NCBI GenBank assembly: GCA_963777605.1
Contig: CAVZRV010000007.1
Span: 544,001 to 608,000, forward strand
Source: an uncultured Acidobacteriota bacterium
GTDB lineage: Bacteria > Acidobacteriota > UBA6911 > RPQK01 > JAPXNP01
DNA length: 64,000 bases
Direction: 5' to 3'
Made by a program: the position numbers and the translations under genes. Positions 1 to 8,885 of the stretch are shown here, piece after piece; within the stretch, counting starts at the first letter, position 1, and every line of letters begins with the position of its first letter. The notes under the pieces were generated by a model. It searched no databases and was not told the DNA's origin. It saw only the letters and a list, made by a program, of their open reading frames with translations.

Positions 1-1543
1 CCTGAAAATCGAACATGCCCACACAGGCAAAATCGGCTCCTTTTTCGAACACGTAGCGGAACCCGTCTTTCGGGTGGATGGCCCCCGCGGCGAGAACTTT
101 GTAGGCAATCCAGGGTTTCGAGATTCTTTCCATCAAGCCGACCGTCTCTTCGGGATCGATACACCAGAGATTGTCGTGGAACTGATCATGGGAAGGCTGG
201 TTCTGACCGATCGTCGAGAATTCAGGACGGTTCACCCGCGGGTGTGCCGACCAGTAATCATCGCGGTGGAGCGTCTTCATGTAGAAATCCACGTCCAGCC
301 CGGCATCTTCGCAGGAAATCGGCACCCTCACCGAGTGGGCCGCCGTGCCCGCGATCAGTCCATTCTTCTTGATGAATTCCAGCGATGACGCCAGCAGTTC
401 GAACTGGTTGTCGCGGACCCACTGATCCGCAATCCCGCCCATCACGAATGCTCCCATCGCTCCGTGATCGATCGCCTTCTGGATGTTGGTGGTCATGTCC
501 TCCGCCTTCGGATAGACCTGGGCCAACCATTGGATCTTGCCTCCCCGCTTGCGGTACTTGTCGAGAATCCGAAGGGTGTTGTCGTCGGTTCGAAGAATGG
601 CCGTGTCGATTCCGCAGGCTTCACACAGCCGCAACGTCTCGATGACCTTCTCATCGGTGAAATAGGTTCGCAGTAGTGGGGAAACGTAGATCAGGTCGCG
701 GGAATGGGCAAAACCGCTGACCAGGTTTCCTCCGACGATGATGCGCCCCAGGTTGACGTGCCCGATTCGCCCCTTGGGGACCTGCCCCTTGAGATCCGCG
801 AGGTTCGCAAAGCGGATCGCCCTCTGGCTGGCAGACGACACCGAATCGGTTCCCTGCATCGTCGCCAGTTGCCGCTCTTCGTAACTCTTCTTCATCAGCA
901 CCGAAACCGCGAACGCTCCCAGGAATGGGACGGCAGCCAGAGATGCGATCAACTCCCGGCGCCGCAAGAGTCCGGAGAACGAGACGTCAGAGTGGTTGTC
1001 TTCCTTTGCGAGGACCGGTTCCGGGACGGGCGTTTCCCGCCTGCGTCCATTGAACGCCCCGAGGATCGAGTCGAGACCGGGCAGGGCGGCCCTGGGAAGG
1101 ACCACGAACAGGAGCAGAACGGCCAGTTCGATCAGGTTCTTGTTGACGAACAGGTAGCTGCCTTCGGCAAAAGGAGACTCAAATCCCATCAGAGGAGGTT
1201 GGGCGACATAGTAGAGGGCCAGGAGAAAAACCCCGCCGAGCGACGCGAGCCGAGTGAATGCACCCAGGAACAAGGCCAGCCCGATTAGAGTGAGGCCCCA
1301 GGCGTTCAGCAGGTCGGTCACCTTAAGCCAGGTGGGGTTCGCCACGATGGCGTGGAAGAAGCCCGACAAAAACCAGGTCGATTCAGCCAGGTATCCGGCG
1401 GAGGACCACCTCGGGTTAAGGAGCTTGGCGAGGCCTTCATAGAGGAAGTGCCACCCTACAAGGATCCTCAGGGCCACCAAAACGCCGGTTACTGCGGCGG
1501 GAAACTGCGGGGTTCTCATTCCGCGCTCCTTTTCATTCGCCAT
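1..1543 (-). CDS. DoxX/TQO-small-subunit-like membrane domain fused to a C-terminal aldo-keto-reductase-like TIM barrel (3' end runs off the window)
   Basis: Missing from the ORF track because there is no stop inside the window. Manual translation from ATG 1543 gives MANEKERGMRTPQ...VLVALRILVGWHFLYEGLAKLLNPRWSSAGYL...EGSYLFVNKNLIE (DoxX pattern), then RRRELIASLAAVPFLG, IIVGGNLVSGFAHSRDLIYVS and PWIAYKVLAAGAIHPKDGFRYVFEKGADFACVGMFDFQ, in frame to the window edge. Confidence 0.75.
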   Translation of the reverse strand, partial: MANEKERGMRTPQFPAAVTGVLVALRILVGWHFLYEGLAKLLNPRWSSAGYLAESTWFLSGFFHAIVANPTWLKVTDLLNAWGLTLIGLALFLGAFTRLASLGGVFLLALYYVAQPPLMGFESPFAEGSYLFVNKNLIELAVLLLFVVLPRAALPGLDSILGAFNGRRRETPVPEPVLAKEDNHSDVSFSGLLRRRELIASLAAVPFLGAFAVSVLMKKSYEERQLATMQGTDSVSSASQRAIRFANLADLKGQVPKGRIGHVNLGRIIVGGNLVSGFAHSRDLIYVSPLLRTYFTDEKVIETLRLCEACGIDTAILRTDDNTLRILDKYRKRGGKIQWLAQVYPKAEDMTTNIQKAIDHGAMGAFVMGGIADQWVRDNQFELLASSLEFIKKNGLIAGTAAHSVRVPISCEDAGLDVDFYMKTLHRDDYWSAHPRVNRPEFSTIGQNQPSHDQFHDNLWCIDPEETVGLMERISKPWIAYKVLAAGAIHPKDGFRYVFEKGADFACVGMFDFQ

Positions 1544-1810
1544 GCGTTACTCCCTTGCTCCGTTGAGCGGAAGAATCAGGCCCCTGGATGATCCGAGCTG
1601 AGCCTCCTCATTTCTACATTGAAAGCGGGTCTGGATCAACAGGAAGATTGAGAGGGTTGGAGGCTGGGAGGAACTGGAACTCGAAAGGACTTGCAAAGAT
1701 CGAGAGACCGGGCACGGGAGAACCGGCTGGATCGGCACATCCGTCAGAGCCGGAGAGGGCGGGTGGAGTGGTCCTGGAGCAATCGTGCCGCTTGGACCTC
1801 TACCGTTTCA

Positions 1811-2494
1811 TCAGTCGGACTTGAAGAGGCCTTCGGGGTTTGATCCCGTCAAACCGGCCCGGTAGGTTCGTTCGTCGACCGGGTTCAGGACGGCAACCGT
1901 CTCGGGGTCGAGCAAACTGAACCGGCGAAGACGGTCAAGGCCGTCGGCGATCTCTTCCAGGCTCCCGCTGTCACCAACCCAGTCCAAGTGGTCGAATCGC
2001 TCGAGTTTCAGGGGCACAGTATACCCGCGCAACGTTCTTTCCCGGCTGACGTTGTAGTAATGCTCAAAGTAGGACATCACCAGTTCTCTCAGCGAGCGGT
2101 ACACCGGCTCCCGGTAGCGGAGCCCGACAAAGTTCGACTTTGCAACCGCTCCCCATCTTCTCCCCGCACGAAAGAGAGCAAGCAGGTGATCGTCATCCCG
2201 GTCGTTGGGCAACATCTCGAGGATCAGAGGAGGATATCCGAGCCGACGGAGAACCGCCGCCGCAAAGAGGGCGCCATCGAAACAGTGGGCCTTTCGGTCC
2301 CGCAATACCTGGACCGGGGAACGATAGAAAGCGTCCGAACTGTATTCAACTTCGTCGAGGAAGTTCTGGATCTCATACGGATTCCTCAGTTTCCGCAGAG
2401 CAGTCCGCTCATCGCCGGACAGTCCCGGCCACCTGTCAAATACCGGTCTCCGCTGCTTTTCTGTTCTGCAACTTGTTCCCCTGCCAACACTCAC
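1811..2494 (-). CDS. Conserved hypothetical protein, probable transglutaminase/papain-like Cys-His fold
   Basis: 227 aa; SPVQVLRDRKAHCFDGALFAAA (candidate nucleophile Cys at a helix start), DDDHLLALF (His), WGAVAKSNF. Start uncertain. Confidence 0.6.
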   Translation of the reverse strand: MSVGRGTSCRTEKQRRPVFDRWPGLSGDERTALRKLRNPYEIQNFLDEVEYSSDAFYRSPVQVLRDRKAHCFDGALFAAAVLRRLGYPPLILEMLPNDRDDDHLLALFRAGRRWGAVAKSNFVGLRYREPVYRSLRELVMSYFEHYYNVSRERTLRGYTVPLKLERFDHLDWVGDSGSLEEIADGLDRLRRFSLLDPETVAVLNPVDERTYRAGLTGSNPEGLFKSD

Positions 2495-2598
2495 GGACCT
2501 GAGCTGCTCAGATTCTAACCGAACCGCCGGCGCCCGCGGTGATTTCCGATCTTGAGCCGACCGTCCTCATGGGTTACTGTGGCCGGTGAAGCCACACT

Positions 2599-3531
2599 AT
2601 GACGCAAACAGCCAAGAGATGGAGTGCATTCTTCGTCATCGCGCCCGCATTCCTCCTCGGGACCGGCAATCCGGGGAGTGCCCAGGAGACGACGGTTATG
2701 GGGACACCAAGGCCTTTCCAGCTTGCACTCATCCAGATGCCGGTCGAGGGCGGGAATCGATCGAAGAACCTTCTTCAAGCAGAAGAAATGGTCAACAAGG
2801 CGGCTGGCGCCGGCGCACAAGTCGTGCTGCTGCCCGAAGCCATGGACCTGGGCTGGACCCACCCAGCGGCGCTCGCTGACGCTCAGCCCATTCCCGGAGG
2901 GGAAACCTGTACGAGACTTCGAATGCTGGCCCGCAACAACGGGATTTATCTGTGCAGCGGTTTGACCGAAAAGGATGGAGAACAGGTCTTCAATTCTGCG
3001 GTTCTGATTTCCCCTGACGGGAAGGTCCTGCTCAAACACCGGAAGATCAACGAACTGGATATCGGGCATCCCTACTACGCCCTGGGCGACCGCCTCAACG
3101 TCTGCGAAACCGAGTTCGGAAGATTCGGCGTGCTGATCTGCGCCGATGCCTTCGCCAAAGGCGAAACACTCCTCCGTTCCCTCGCATACATGGGAGCGGA
3201 TGTGATCCTCTCTCCCAGCAGTTGGGCGGTCGAGGCAGACCACGACAACCTGAAAGAACCCTACGGAGCTCTCTGGCGCAGTGTCTATACCCCCGTCGCC
3301 CGCGATTTTTCCATTTGGATTGCCAGCGCCAGCAACGTCGGCTGGATGACGGCGGGACCCTGGAAGGGCAGGAAAGCAATCGGGTGCTCGCTGGTCGTCA
3401 ATCACGAAGGGAAGGTTGTGGTCTCGGGACCGTACGGTGCTGATGCCGGGGCAATCCTTCAAGTGAACGTTGAACCCGTCCAGCGTCCCGCACAAGGGGA
3501 CGGTTGGATTTCCTATTGGGGAAGGAATTGA
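2599..3531 (+). CDS. Exported carbon-nitrogen hydrolase (nitrilase superfamily)
   Basis: Glu-Lys-Cys triad motifs LLPEAMD, KHRKINE, LICADA; N-terminal signal-peptide-like segment. Confidence 0.85.
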   Translation: MTQTAKRWSAFFVIAPAFLLGTGNPGSAQETTVMGTPRPFQLALIQMPVEGGNRSKNLLQAEEMVNKAAGAGAQVVLLPEAMDLGWTHPAALADAQPIPGGETCTRLRMLARNNGIYLCSGLTEKDGEQVFNSAVLISPDGKVLLKHRKINELDIGHPYYALGDRLNVCETEFGRFGVLICADAFAKGETLLRSLAYMGADVILSPSSWAVEADHDNLKEPYGALWRSVYTPVARDFSIWIASASNVGWMTAGPWKGRKAIGCSLVVNHEGKVVVSGPYGADAGAILQVNVEPVQRPAQGDGWISYWGRN

Positions 3532-3536
3532 CAGGC

Positions 3537-4763
3537 ATGCGATCACTCATTTCAAGTTACCGGATCCTAAGGGCGGACTTGATCCACCTGGTGATCCCGC
3601 TGTGTGTAATGACGGTATTGTCCGGAACCACGATCCATGGACAGGACTCTCCCTACGTGGTTCACGAGACCCGGGCGGTGATTCTGGAAGGCCCATACCT
3701 GGTGGCGCCTACAGAGGACGGAGTCACCGTGGTGTGGACAACCGACACTCCCTGCCATTCCAGAGTCGATTTCGGCCCAACTCCGGATCTGGGTCAGTCA
3801 GTCGAATCCTCCGACCACGGGATGCTCCGCGTCGGCACCGTCCATGCGATTCGCCTTGAAGGCCTCCCGGCGGGTCAAGCCTGTTACTACAAGGTCTCAT
3901 CGACCCGGGTGGTGAAACTCAAGCCGTACTGGCCCGAGAAGGGACTTGCCGTGGAGAGCCCGGTCTATTCCTTTCGCACCCCGAGTCGGACCCGAGAAAC
4001 CGTTTCCTTTGAAGTGATTACCGACACTCAGCACGAGGACCTTCGCCGGCTTGAAAAGCACCTGGACGCCGTCCAATGGGACGAAATCGACTTCCTGGTT
4101 CACACCGGCGACGCACTGAACTGGGTCCGGGACGAAGACCAGATGTTCCAGGGATTCCTTCACCCCCTCTCCGTCCGCCTCGAACATCAGACCCCGCTGG
4201 TCTTTGCCCGGGGAAACCACGACACACGGGGACCGTTCGCCCGTGGCCTGCATGACTACCTCCCGACGGAAACCGGCGAGTTCTATTTCGCCTTCGATGC
4301 GGGGCCCGTCCATTTTCTGGTACTCGACACTGGCGAAGACAAGGCGGATTCGACCACTGTCTACGCAGACTTGAACCGCTTCGAGCAATACCGGGACAGG
4401 GAGTTTCGCTGGCTTGAAGAACATGCCCGGACCTGTGACCGGATGAAGACCGCTCCGTTTCGAGTCATCCTGTTGCACTCGCCCAACTGGGGATGGGAAC
4501 AGCAGGGTTCCGACCGCTGGGAGCGGCTTGCCACGAGGGCCGGAATCGACCTTGTCATAGCGGGCCATCGCCACCGCCTCTCCCGGACGAACGCCGGCGA
4601 GGAGGGAAGCGGGTTCACCGTCCTGGTCCTGGGACAGGACCAGGTAGGCCGGGTCAGCGCGTCATCCACCGAACTTCGGGTAGCCGTGACCGACACTGCC
4701 GGCAAGGATTTGGACTCCTTCCTCCTCCATCCGAACCAGACCCTGTCCCCTGAAGATCGTTAA
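3537..4763 (+). CDS. Exported purple-acid-phosphatase-like metallophosphoesterase with N-terminal Fn3-like domain
   Basis: GPYL...VTVVWTT...H.I.LEGL...YYKV Fn3/PAP-N region; calcineurin-like motifs TDTQH, HTGD, RGNHD, AGHRH; ATG 5 nt after the upstream stop. Confidence 0.85.
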   Translation: MRSLISSYRILRADLIHLVIPLCVMTVLSGTTIHGQDSPYVVHETRAVILEGPYLVAPTEDGVTVVWTTDTPCHSRVDFGPTPDLGQSVESSDHGMLRVGTVHAIRLEGLPAGQACYYKVSSTRVVKLKPYWPEKGLAVESPVYSFRTPSRTRETVSFEVITDTQHEDLRRLEKHLDAVQWDEIDFLVHTGDALNWVRDEDQMFQGFLHPLSVRLEHQTPLVFARGNHDTRGPFARGLHDYLPTETGEFYFAFDAGPVHFLVLDTGEDKADSTTVYADLNRFEQYRDREFRWLEEHARTCDRMKTAPFRVILLHSPNWGWEQQGSDRWERLATRAGIDLVIAGHRHRLSRTNAGEEGSGFTVLVLGQDQVGRVSASSTELRVAVTDTAGKDLDSFLLHPNQTLSPEDR

Positions 4764-4805
4764 CGACGTACAATTGGAGCCATCCCTGGCCAGCATGGTA
4801 CCGAC

Positions 4806-6524
4806 ATGATTCACCAAGTACTCACCACCGGAGAAGAACAGTTCCTGGCCCGCGAAAGGCGCTGCCTCGCCGACCTGCTCGCCGCACTCGCTCGACTCGA
4901 CGCCGGCGACGAGGATGAAACGACCCTGAAGAACGCCCTCGAATCCCTGGATCAATTGTTCCTCCTGGTGGTCGTGGGTGAGTTCAATGCCGGCAAGAGT
5001 GCGCTCATCAACTCGCTTCTGGGTGATTCCATCCTCGACGTGGGGGTAACCCCAACCACAAAGCGGATCCATCTGGTGCAGCACGGTGCCGAGGCGAGGG
5101 AATTGAAGAAGGCCGACTTCGAGGTCTTGAGCGCTCCGTCGGCGCTGCTTCGGCATGTCAATATCGTGGACACCCCAGGCACCAACGCGATCTTCCGCGA
5201 ACACGAAACCCTGACTCGGGAGTTCATCCCGCGGGCCGACCTCATTCTGTTCGTGACGTCGGCGGACCGTCCCTTCACGGAAAGTGAACGGGCGTTTCTG
5301 GAGGCGATCCTGGATTGGGGAAAGAAGATTGTTCTTGTCGTTAACAAGATCGACATCTTCACGTCCCCGGAAGAACTGGACCAGGTCGTTCGGTTCGTCA
5401 GGGAGCAGGCAACCCGCCTGATGGCTTTCGAGCCGAGAGTCTTTGCGGTCTCCGCCCGCGACTCTCTCGCTGCCGCTCCGAAACTGCCCGGCAACCAGTT
5501 TCCGGACCTGGAAGAGTTCATCCACGAGACGCTCGACCAGAAGGAGCGGATTCGGCTCAAGTTTCTGAACCCGCTGGGAGTCGCGGCACACTTGTCGGAT
5601 CGCTACCTGGCGTCGCTGGATGAGGGACTTCATCTCCTTCAGAATGACATCGATGCACTCGATTCCATCGACGACCTGCAGCAGGGCTTTCAGTCGGAAC
5701 TCGAGCGGGAGTTCCACTTCCGGCTGGCCGGAATGGATAATCTTCTCCACGAATTCGAGAAACGCGGGGTTGAATTTTTTGAAGACCGCATCCGTCTCAT
5801 CCGCATCGCTGAACTGGTGCAGAAGGCGAAGATCCAGGCCGATTTCAGTCGGCTCGTTATCCGGGATCTGCCCCAGGAGGTTGAGCACCGCAGCAACGAG
5901 ATGATCGACTGGATCATCACCAGTGAACTGGGACAGTGGCATGCAATCACGGACGTACTGACTAGAAAGAGAACCGATCGCGGCCAGGAACTGCTCGGCA
6001 ATCTAGGGGGCCGCTTTCAGTACGACCGCTCCCGGCTCCTCGATTCGGTCGGGCGCAAGGCCCGGGAGACCATCGGGAGCTATGACCGTGACGCGGAAGC
6101 GACCCGTTTGGCTGACGAGATTCAGCAAGCCGTCGCCGGAACGGCCCTTGCCGAGGCAGGTGCGATCGGGCTCGGAACTGCCGTTTCCCTGTTGGCCACG
6201 AGCACGATGGCCGACGTAACCGGCATCATCGCGGCCGGCGCCCTTGCCTTGCTGGGACTCTTCGTCATACCAGCCCGCCGCCGGGAGGCCAAACGGCAAC
6301 TTCGAGAACGGACGGCTGAAATGCGGGCACGACTGACCCGGGCGATGACCGAACAGTTCAATCAGGAGGTCAGGCGGAGCGCGACCCAGATGCGCGAGGC
6401 GATCGCTCCCTACGTCCGGTTCGTTCGGTCGGAAAAAGAACGGTACGACGCGGCCAAAGACACGCTCACCCAGATTCGGAACGAGGTTCAGCTGCTGCGC
6501 TCGGAACTGGAATCCGGGCGTTAG
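4806..6524 (+). CDS. Bacterial dynamin-like GTPase (Fzo/FZL-like, with C-terminal membrane hairpin)
   Basis: G1 VVGEFNAGKS, G2 GVTPTT, G3 DTPGTN, G4 NKID; long helical stalk; hydrophobic hairpin AGAIGLGTAVSLLA...GIIAAGALALLGLFVIP followed by RRR. Confidence 0.85.
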   Translation: MIHQVLTTGEEQFLARERRCLADLLAALARLDAGDEDETTLKNALESLDQLFLLVVVGEFNAGKSALINSLLGDSILDVGVTPTTKRIHLVQHGAEARELKKADFEVLSAPSALLRHVNIVDTPGTNAIFREHETLTREFIPRADLILFVTSADRPFTESERAFLEAILDWGKKIVLVVNKIDIFTSPEELDQVVRFVREQATRLMAFEPRVFAVSARDSLAAAPKLPGNQFPDLEEFIHETLDQKERIRLKFLNPLGVAAHLSDRYLASLDEGLHLLQNDIDALDSIDDLQQGFQSELEREFHFRLAGMDNLLHEFEKRGVEFFEDRIRLIRIAELVQKAKIQADFSRLVIRDLPQEVEHRSNEMIDWIITSELGQWHAITDVLTRKRTDRGQELLGNLGGRFQYDRSRLLDSVGRKARETIGSYDRDAEATRLADEIQQAVAGTALAEAGAIGLGTAVSLLATSTMADVTGIIAAGALALLGLFVIPARRREAKRQLRERTAEMRARLTRAMTEQFNQEVRRSATQMREAIAPYVRFVRSEKERYDAAKDTLTQIRNEVQLLRSELESGR

Positions 6525-8638
6525 TACAGCTTGGGAAGATACTCCAGCGGCACATCGAATGGCTCCGCTTTCCCCGAGACGACCTCATAGAGACGCTCGT
6601 GACTGGTCCGGCCTGCCTCGGACAACTCCTGGTAGGGACGGTTACAGACGTCCAGAAAACCGATGTTGTAGTTCTCCCCGTCGAAGCGGCCCAGCGCGGA
6701 CTCGTCATAGAGAGTGAACCAGTGGGCTCCGACACAGTAAGGGTCCGCCGCCGCATCCTCGATATAGACCCGGTAGGCTTTCCCGCGCTCCTCCTGGTTC
6801 TTCAGATGACCAATCCCCGACGACGGCAGCCCGACATCGAGGGCACCAAAATGCCACTCACCGACCATGACCGGGCATCCGAGTTGATCGTGGATTGCCT
6901 TTGCCTGATCCCTTGGAAGGCGCTCCAGGTAGCAGTTAAGGCTGAACACGTCGAACGCCTTCATCCCTTTCACGGCCCAGCTTGGAGGGACTCCGGCCCA
7001 ACGCATGCCGAGGTTCAGATGGTTTGGGTCGACGGCTCGACATCCTTCCGAAAGAGCTTTGAAATAGTCCTCGACAAGGAGCACGCTGAATGCCTCGAGG
7101 TCTGCCTTTGCCGCCGGCGTGATCTCGTGTTTCCACTGGCCCGAAGCAATCTCGTCGTAATTGGTCTGGATTGACCATGCCTGGGAAAGGCCCGCCGCGT
7201 CCGGATAGCGTTCCTTCAGGAACTCGACCAGCCTTCCCCGGGTATGACACTCGGGAGTGTTGTAAAGCATCCCTTCGGCAGGGAGTTCAGAGGAAAAGCC
7301 CCACGTCGGCTCGTTCATCAGGAAGTAGCCGATCAACGCCGGGTCATCCCGGGTTTCAGCCAGGTCGGCAGCGTAATCTGCGACATCTTCATTGAACTGG
7401 GGATGGTAGACGTCCGGGAAATCCCGATAGATCAGCCCCGCCCGGTGAGGCCGAAAACTCATGGGGCGAACGTACGGGAAAGCCGCCTTCCGGGCGTAGT
7501 TCCACTCCGACCAGTTGCCGACCGTGTTGAATCGAAGGCGCTTGAGTTCCCCCAAAGCGATCTGGGCCCAGCGGTCCCGCCACCCGTCGCTGCCGAAAGT
7601 CTGGATGAAATTCGTCGCAAGGTAGTTCACGTACTTGCCGGTAGTGCTGTCACTCCCCTGAAGCGCTTCCCGATAGGTCGGGTCCTGCTCAGGCACCCAC
7701 TCAAGAGCGGTTTCCAGGCCGTCGTAGCGGGCCGTCGTGTCAACGCGGACGCAGTCGACGCCCATCGACCAGAAACCATAGCCGTCGGGGTCCTGCAACC
7801 ACCAGCGCCCGTTGTCATCCTGCGCCGTGCGGAAGAACCCGGTCCCCTTGGCGAACTTCTTCGCCTTCCATCCGCCCCAGCGGCTGAACGAGTCGGGCCA
7901 CTTGTATCCGGGCGCCTGCTTCAACTGGGTTTCCAGACGGGTCTTCAATTCGGTCAGGTCGGCAGTTCTTGCGGGCCACTGATGAATTCGGCTTTGGCCC
8001 ATACGGTCGAGCAGCGGACCTTTCGGGAGAACCGGCGTGTCCATCCGGGGGACCTCCTGCACCGTCCCGAGAACCGGTGTCATGCACCATCGCGCGGGCT
8101 CAAGTCCTTTTCGAAAAACGATCCACTCCATCCGGTCGACTTTATCGAGATCCACACGGTCACCGGAGCAGCGCGGCTTCAGAAATGCCCCTTCCCGTTC
8201 GATTCCCCAGCGTCCCTGGTCGGTCAAGTCGAGCGGAAATCGCACCCGGAATCCACACTGGTTCAGTCCCGCGAAGCGAAAAACGAATCTCCTCCCGTCC
8301 TCCCCCTCCTGAAGTCGCACCAGGAAGACGATCATCTGATTGCCGTCGAACATCATGTCGCTGGTGATGTAGTTCAGTCGACTGAGCGTTCCCGCCGGAA
8401 ACCGGAACAGCATCCCGTCGTCAACGCTATCCGCTACGTACCAGTTCGCACTGTCGATCGGGGAGGCACCCTGATCGGAGCGCAAACCGCCCAGAAGGCG
8501 GTCGATCTGAAAATGATAGACGTCACTAGCCTCCTCTCCCGTTGACAGGCCGCTGCAACCAAAGGAAGACGCGGTAATGGCAGTAACATAGAGAAAGCTG
8601 CGACGATCCAATAGACGAGAACGTTCAGGGCGACTCAT
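6521..8638 (-). CDS. Tat-exported GH50 (beta-agarase-like) glycoside hydrolase
   Basis: Start moved to ATG 8638 (GGAGG RBS, Tat motif DRRSFL); SRWGGW, GFFRT...GRWWL.DPDGY.FWSMG, FNTVGNWS, IGYFLMNEP and VMVGEWHFGALD (clan GH-A catalytic Glu), GRFDGENYNIG. Confidence 0.75.
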   Translation of the reverse strand: MSRPERSRLLDRRSFLYVTAITASSFGCSGLSTGEEASDVYHFQIDRLLGGLRSDQGASPIDSANWYVADSVDDGMLFRFPAGTLSRLNYITSDMMFDGNQMIVFLVRLQEGEDGRRFVFRFAGLNQCGFRVRFPLDLTDQGRWGIEREGAFLKPRCSGDRVDLDKVDRMEWIVFRKGLEPARWCMTPVLGTVQEVPRMDTPVLPKGPLLDRMGQSRIHQWPARTADLTELKTRLETQLKQAPGYKWPDSFSRWGGWKAKKFAKGTGFFRTAQDDNGRWWLQDPDGYGFWSMGVDCVRVDTTARYDGLETALEWVPEQDPTYREALQGSDSTTGKYVNYLATNFIQTFGSDGWRDRWAQIALGELKRLRFNTVGNWSEWNYARKAAFPYVRPMSFRPHRAGLIYRDFPDVYHPQFNEDVADYAADLAETRDDPALIGYFLMNEPTWGFSSELPAEGMLYNTPECHTRGRLVEFLKERYPDAAGLSQAWSIQTNYDEIASGQWKHEITPAAKADLEAFSVLLVEDYFKALSEGCRAVDPNHLNLGMRWAGVPPSWAVKGMKAFDVFSLNCYLERLPRDQAKAIHDQLGCPVMVGEWHFGALDVGLPSSGIGHLKNQEERGKAYRVYIEDAAADPYCVGAHWFTLYDESALGRFDGENYNIGFLDVCNRPYQELSEAGRTSHERLYEVVSGKAEPFDVPLEYLPKLY

Positions 8639-8820
8639 CGGCACCTCCAGTAAACCCCGCACCCCCGGCGGGCCCCAGTTTCGATTATGCACCGTAAGCC
8701 GGCATGGCCGGCACAACCCCCTGGTTGAACTGACCCGAACAATACCAGAGCCAGAGAAGAAAATCTTCCCTCTTCCCACCTGACTGCAACAGAAGATGCG
8801 TTCGCTCCTCACCAGGGTAC

Positions 8821-8849
8821 TTGAACGCTTTCTGCCTCTCCCCTAGGAT
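8821..8849 (+). promoter_or_regulatory. Putative sigma70 promoter for the GH95 gene
   Basis: TTGAAC-N17-TAGGAT, ending 36 nt upstream of ATG 8886. Confidence 0.45.
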
Positions 8850-8885
8850 TGACTTCTATCCCAGGTCGGTGGCGAGGAACCGCTC

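Noticed and set aside
704-1288. 194-aa and other plus-strand ORFs in 74-1591
   Set aside because: Shadows of the minus-strand DoxX fusion that the ORF track missed.
7244-8545. 433-aa plus-strand ORF
   Set aside because: Antisense to the GH50-like gene; no recognisable domain.
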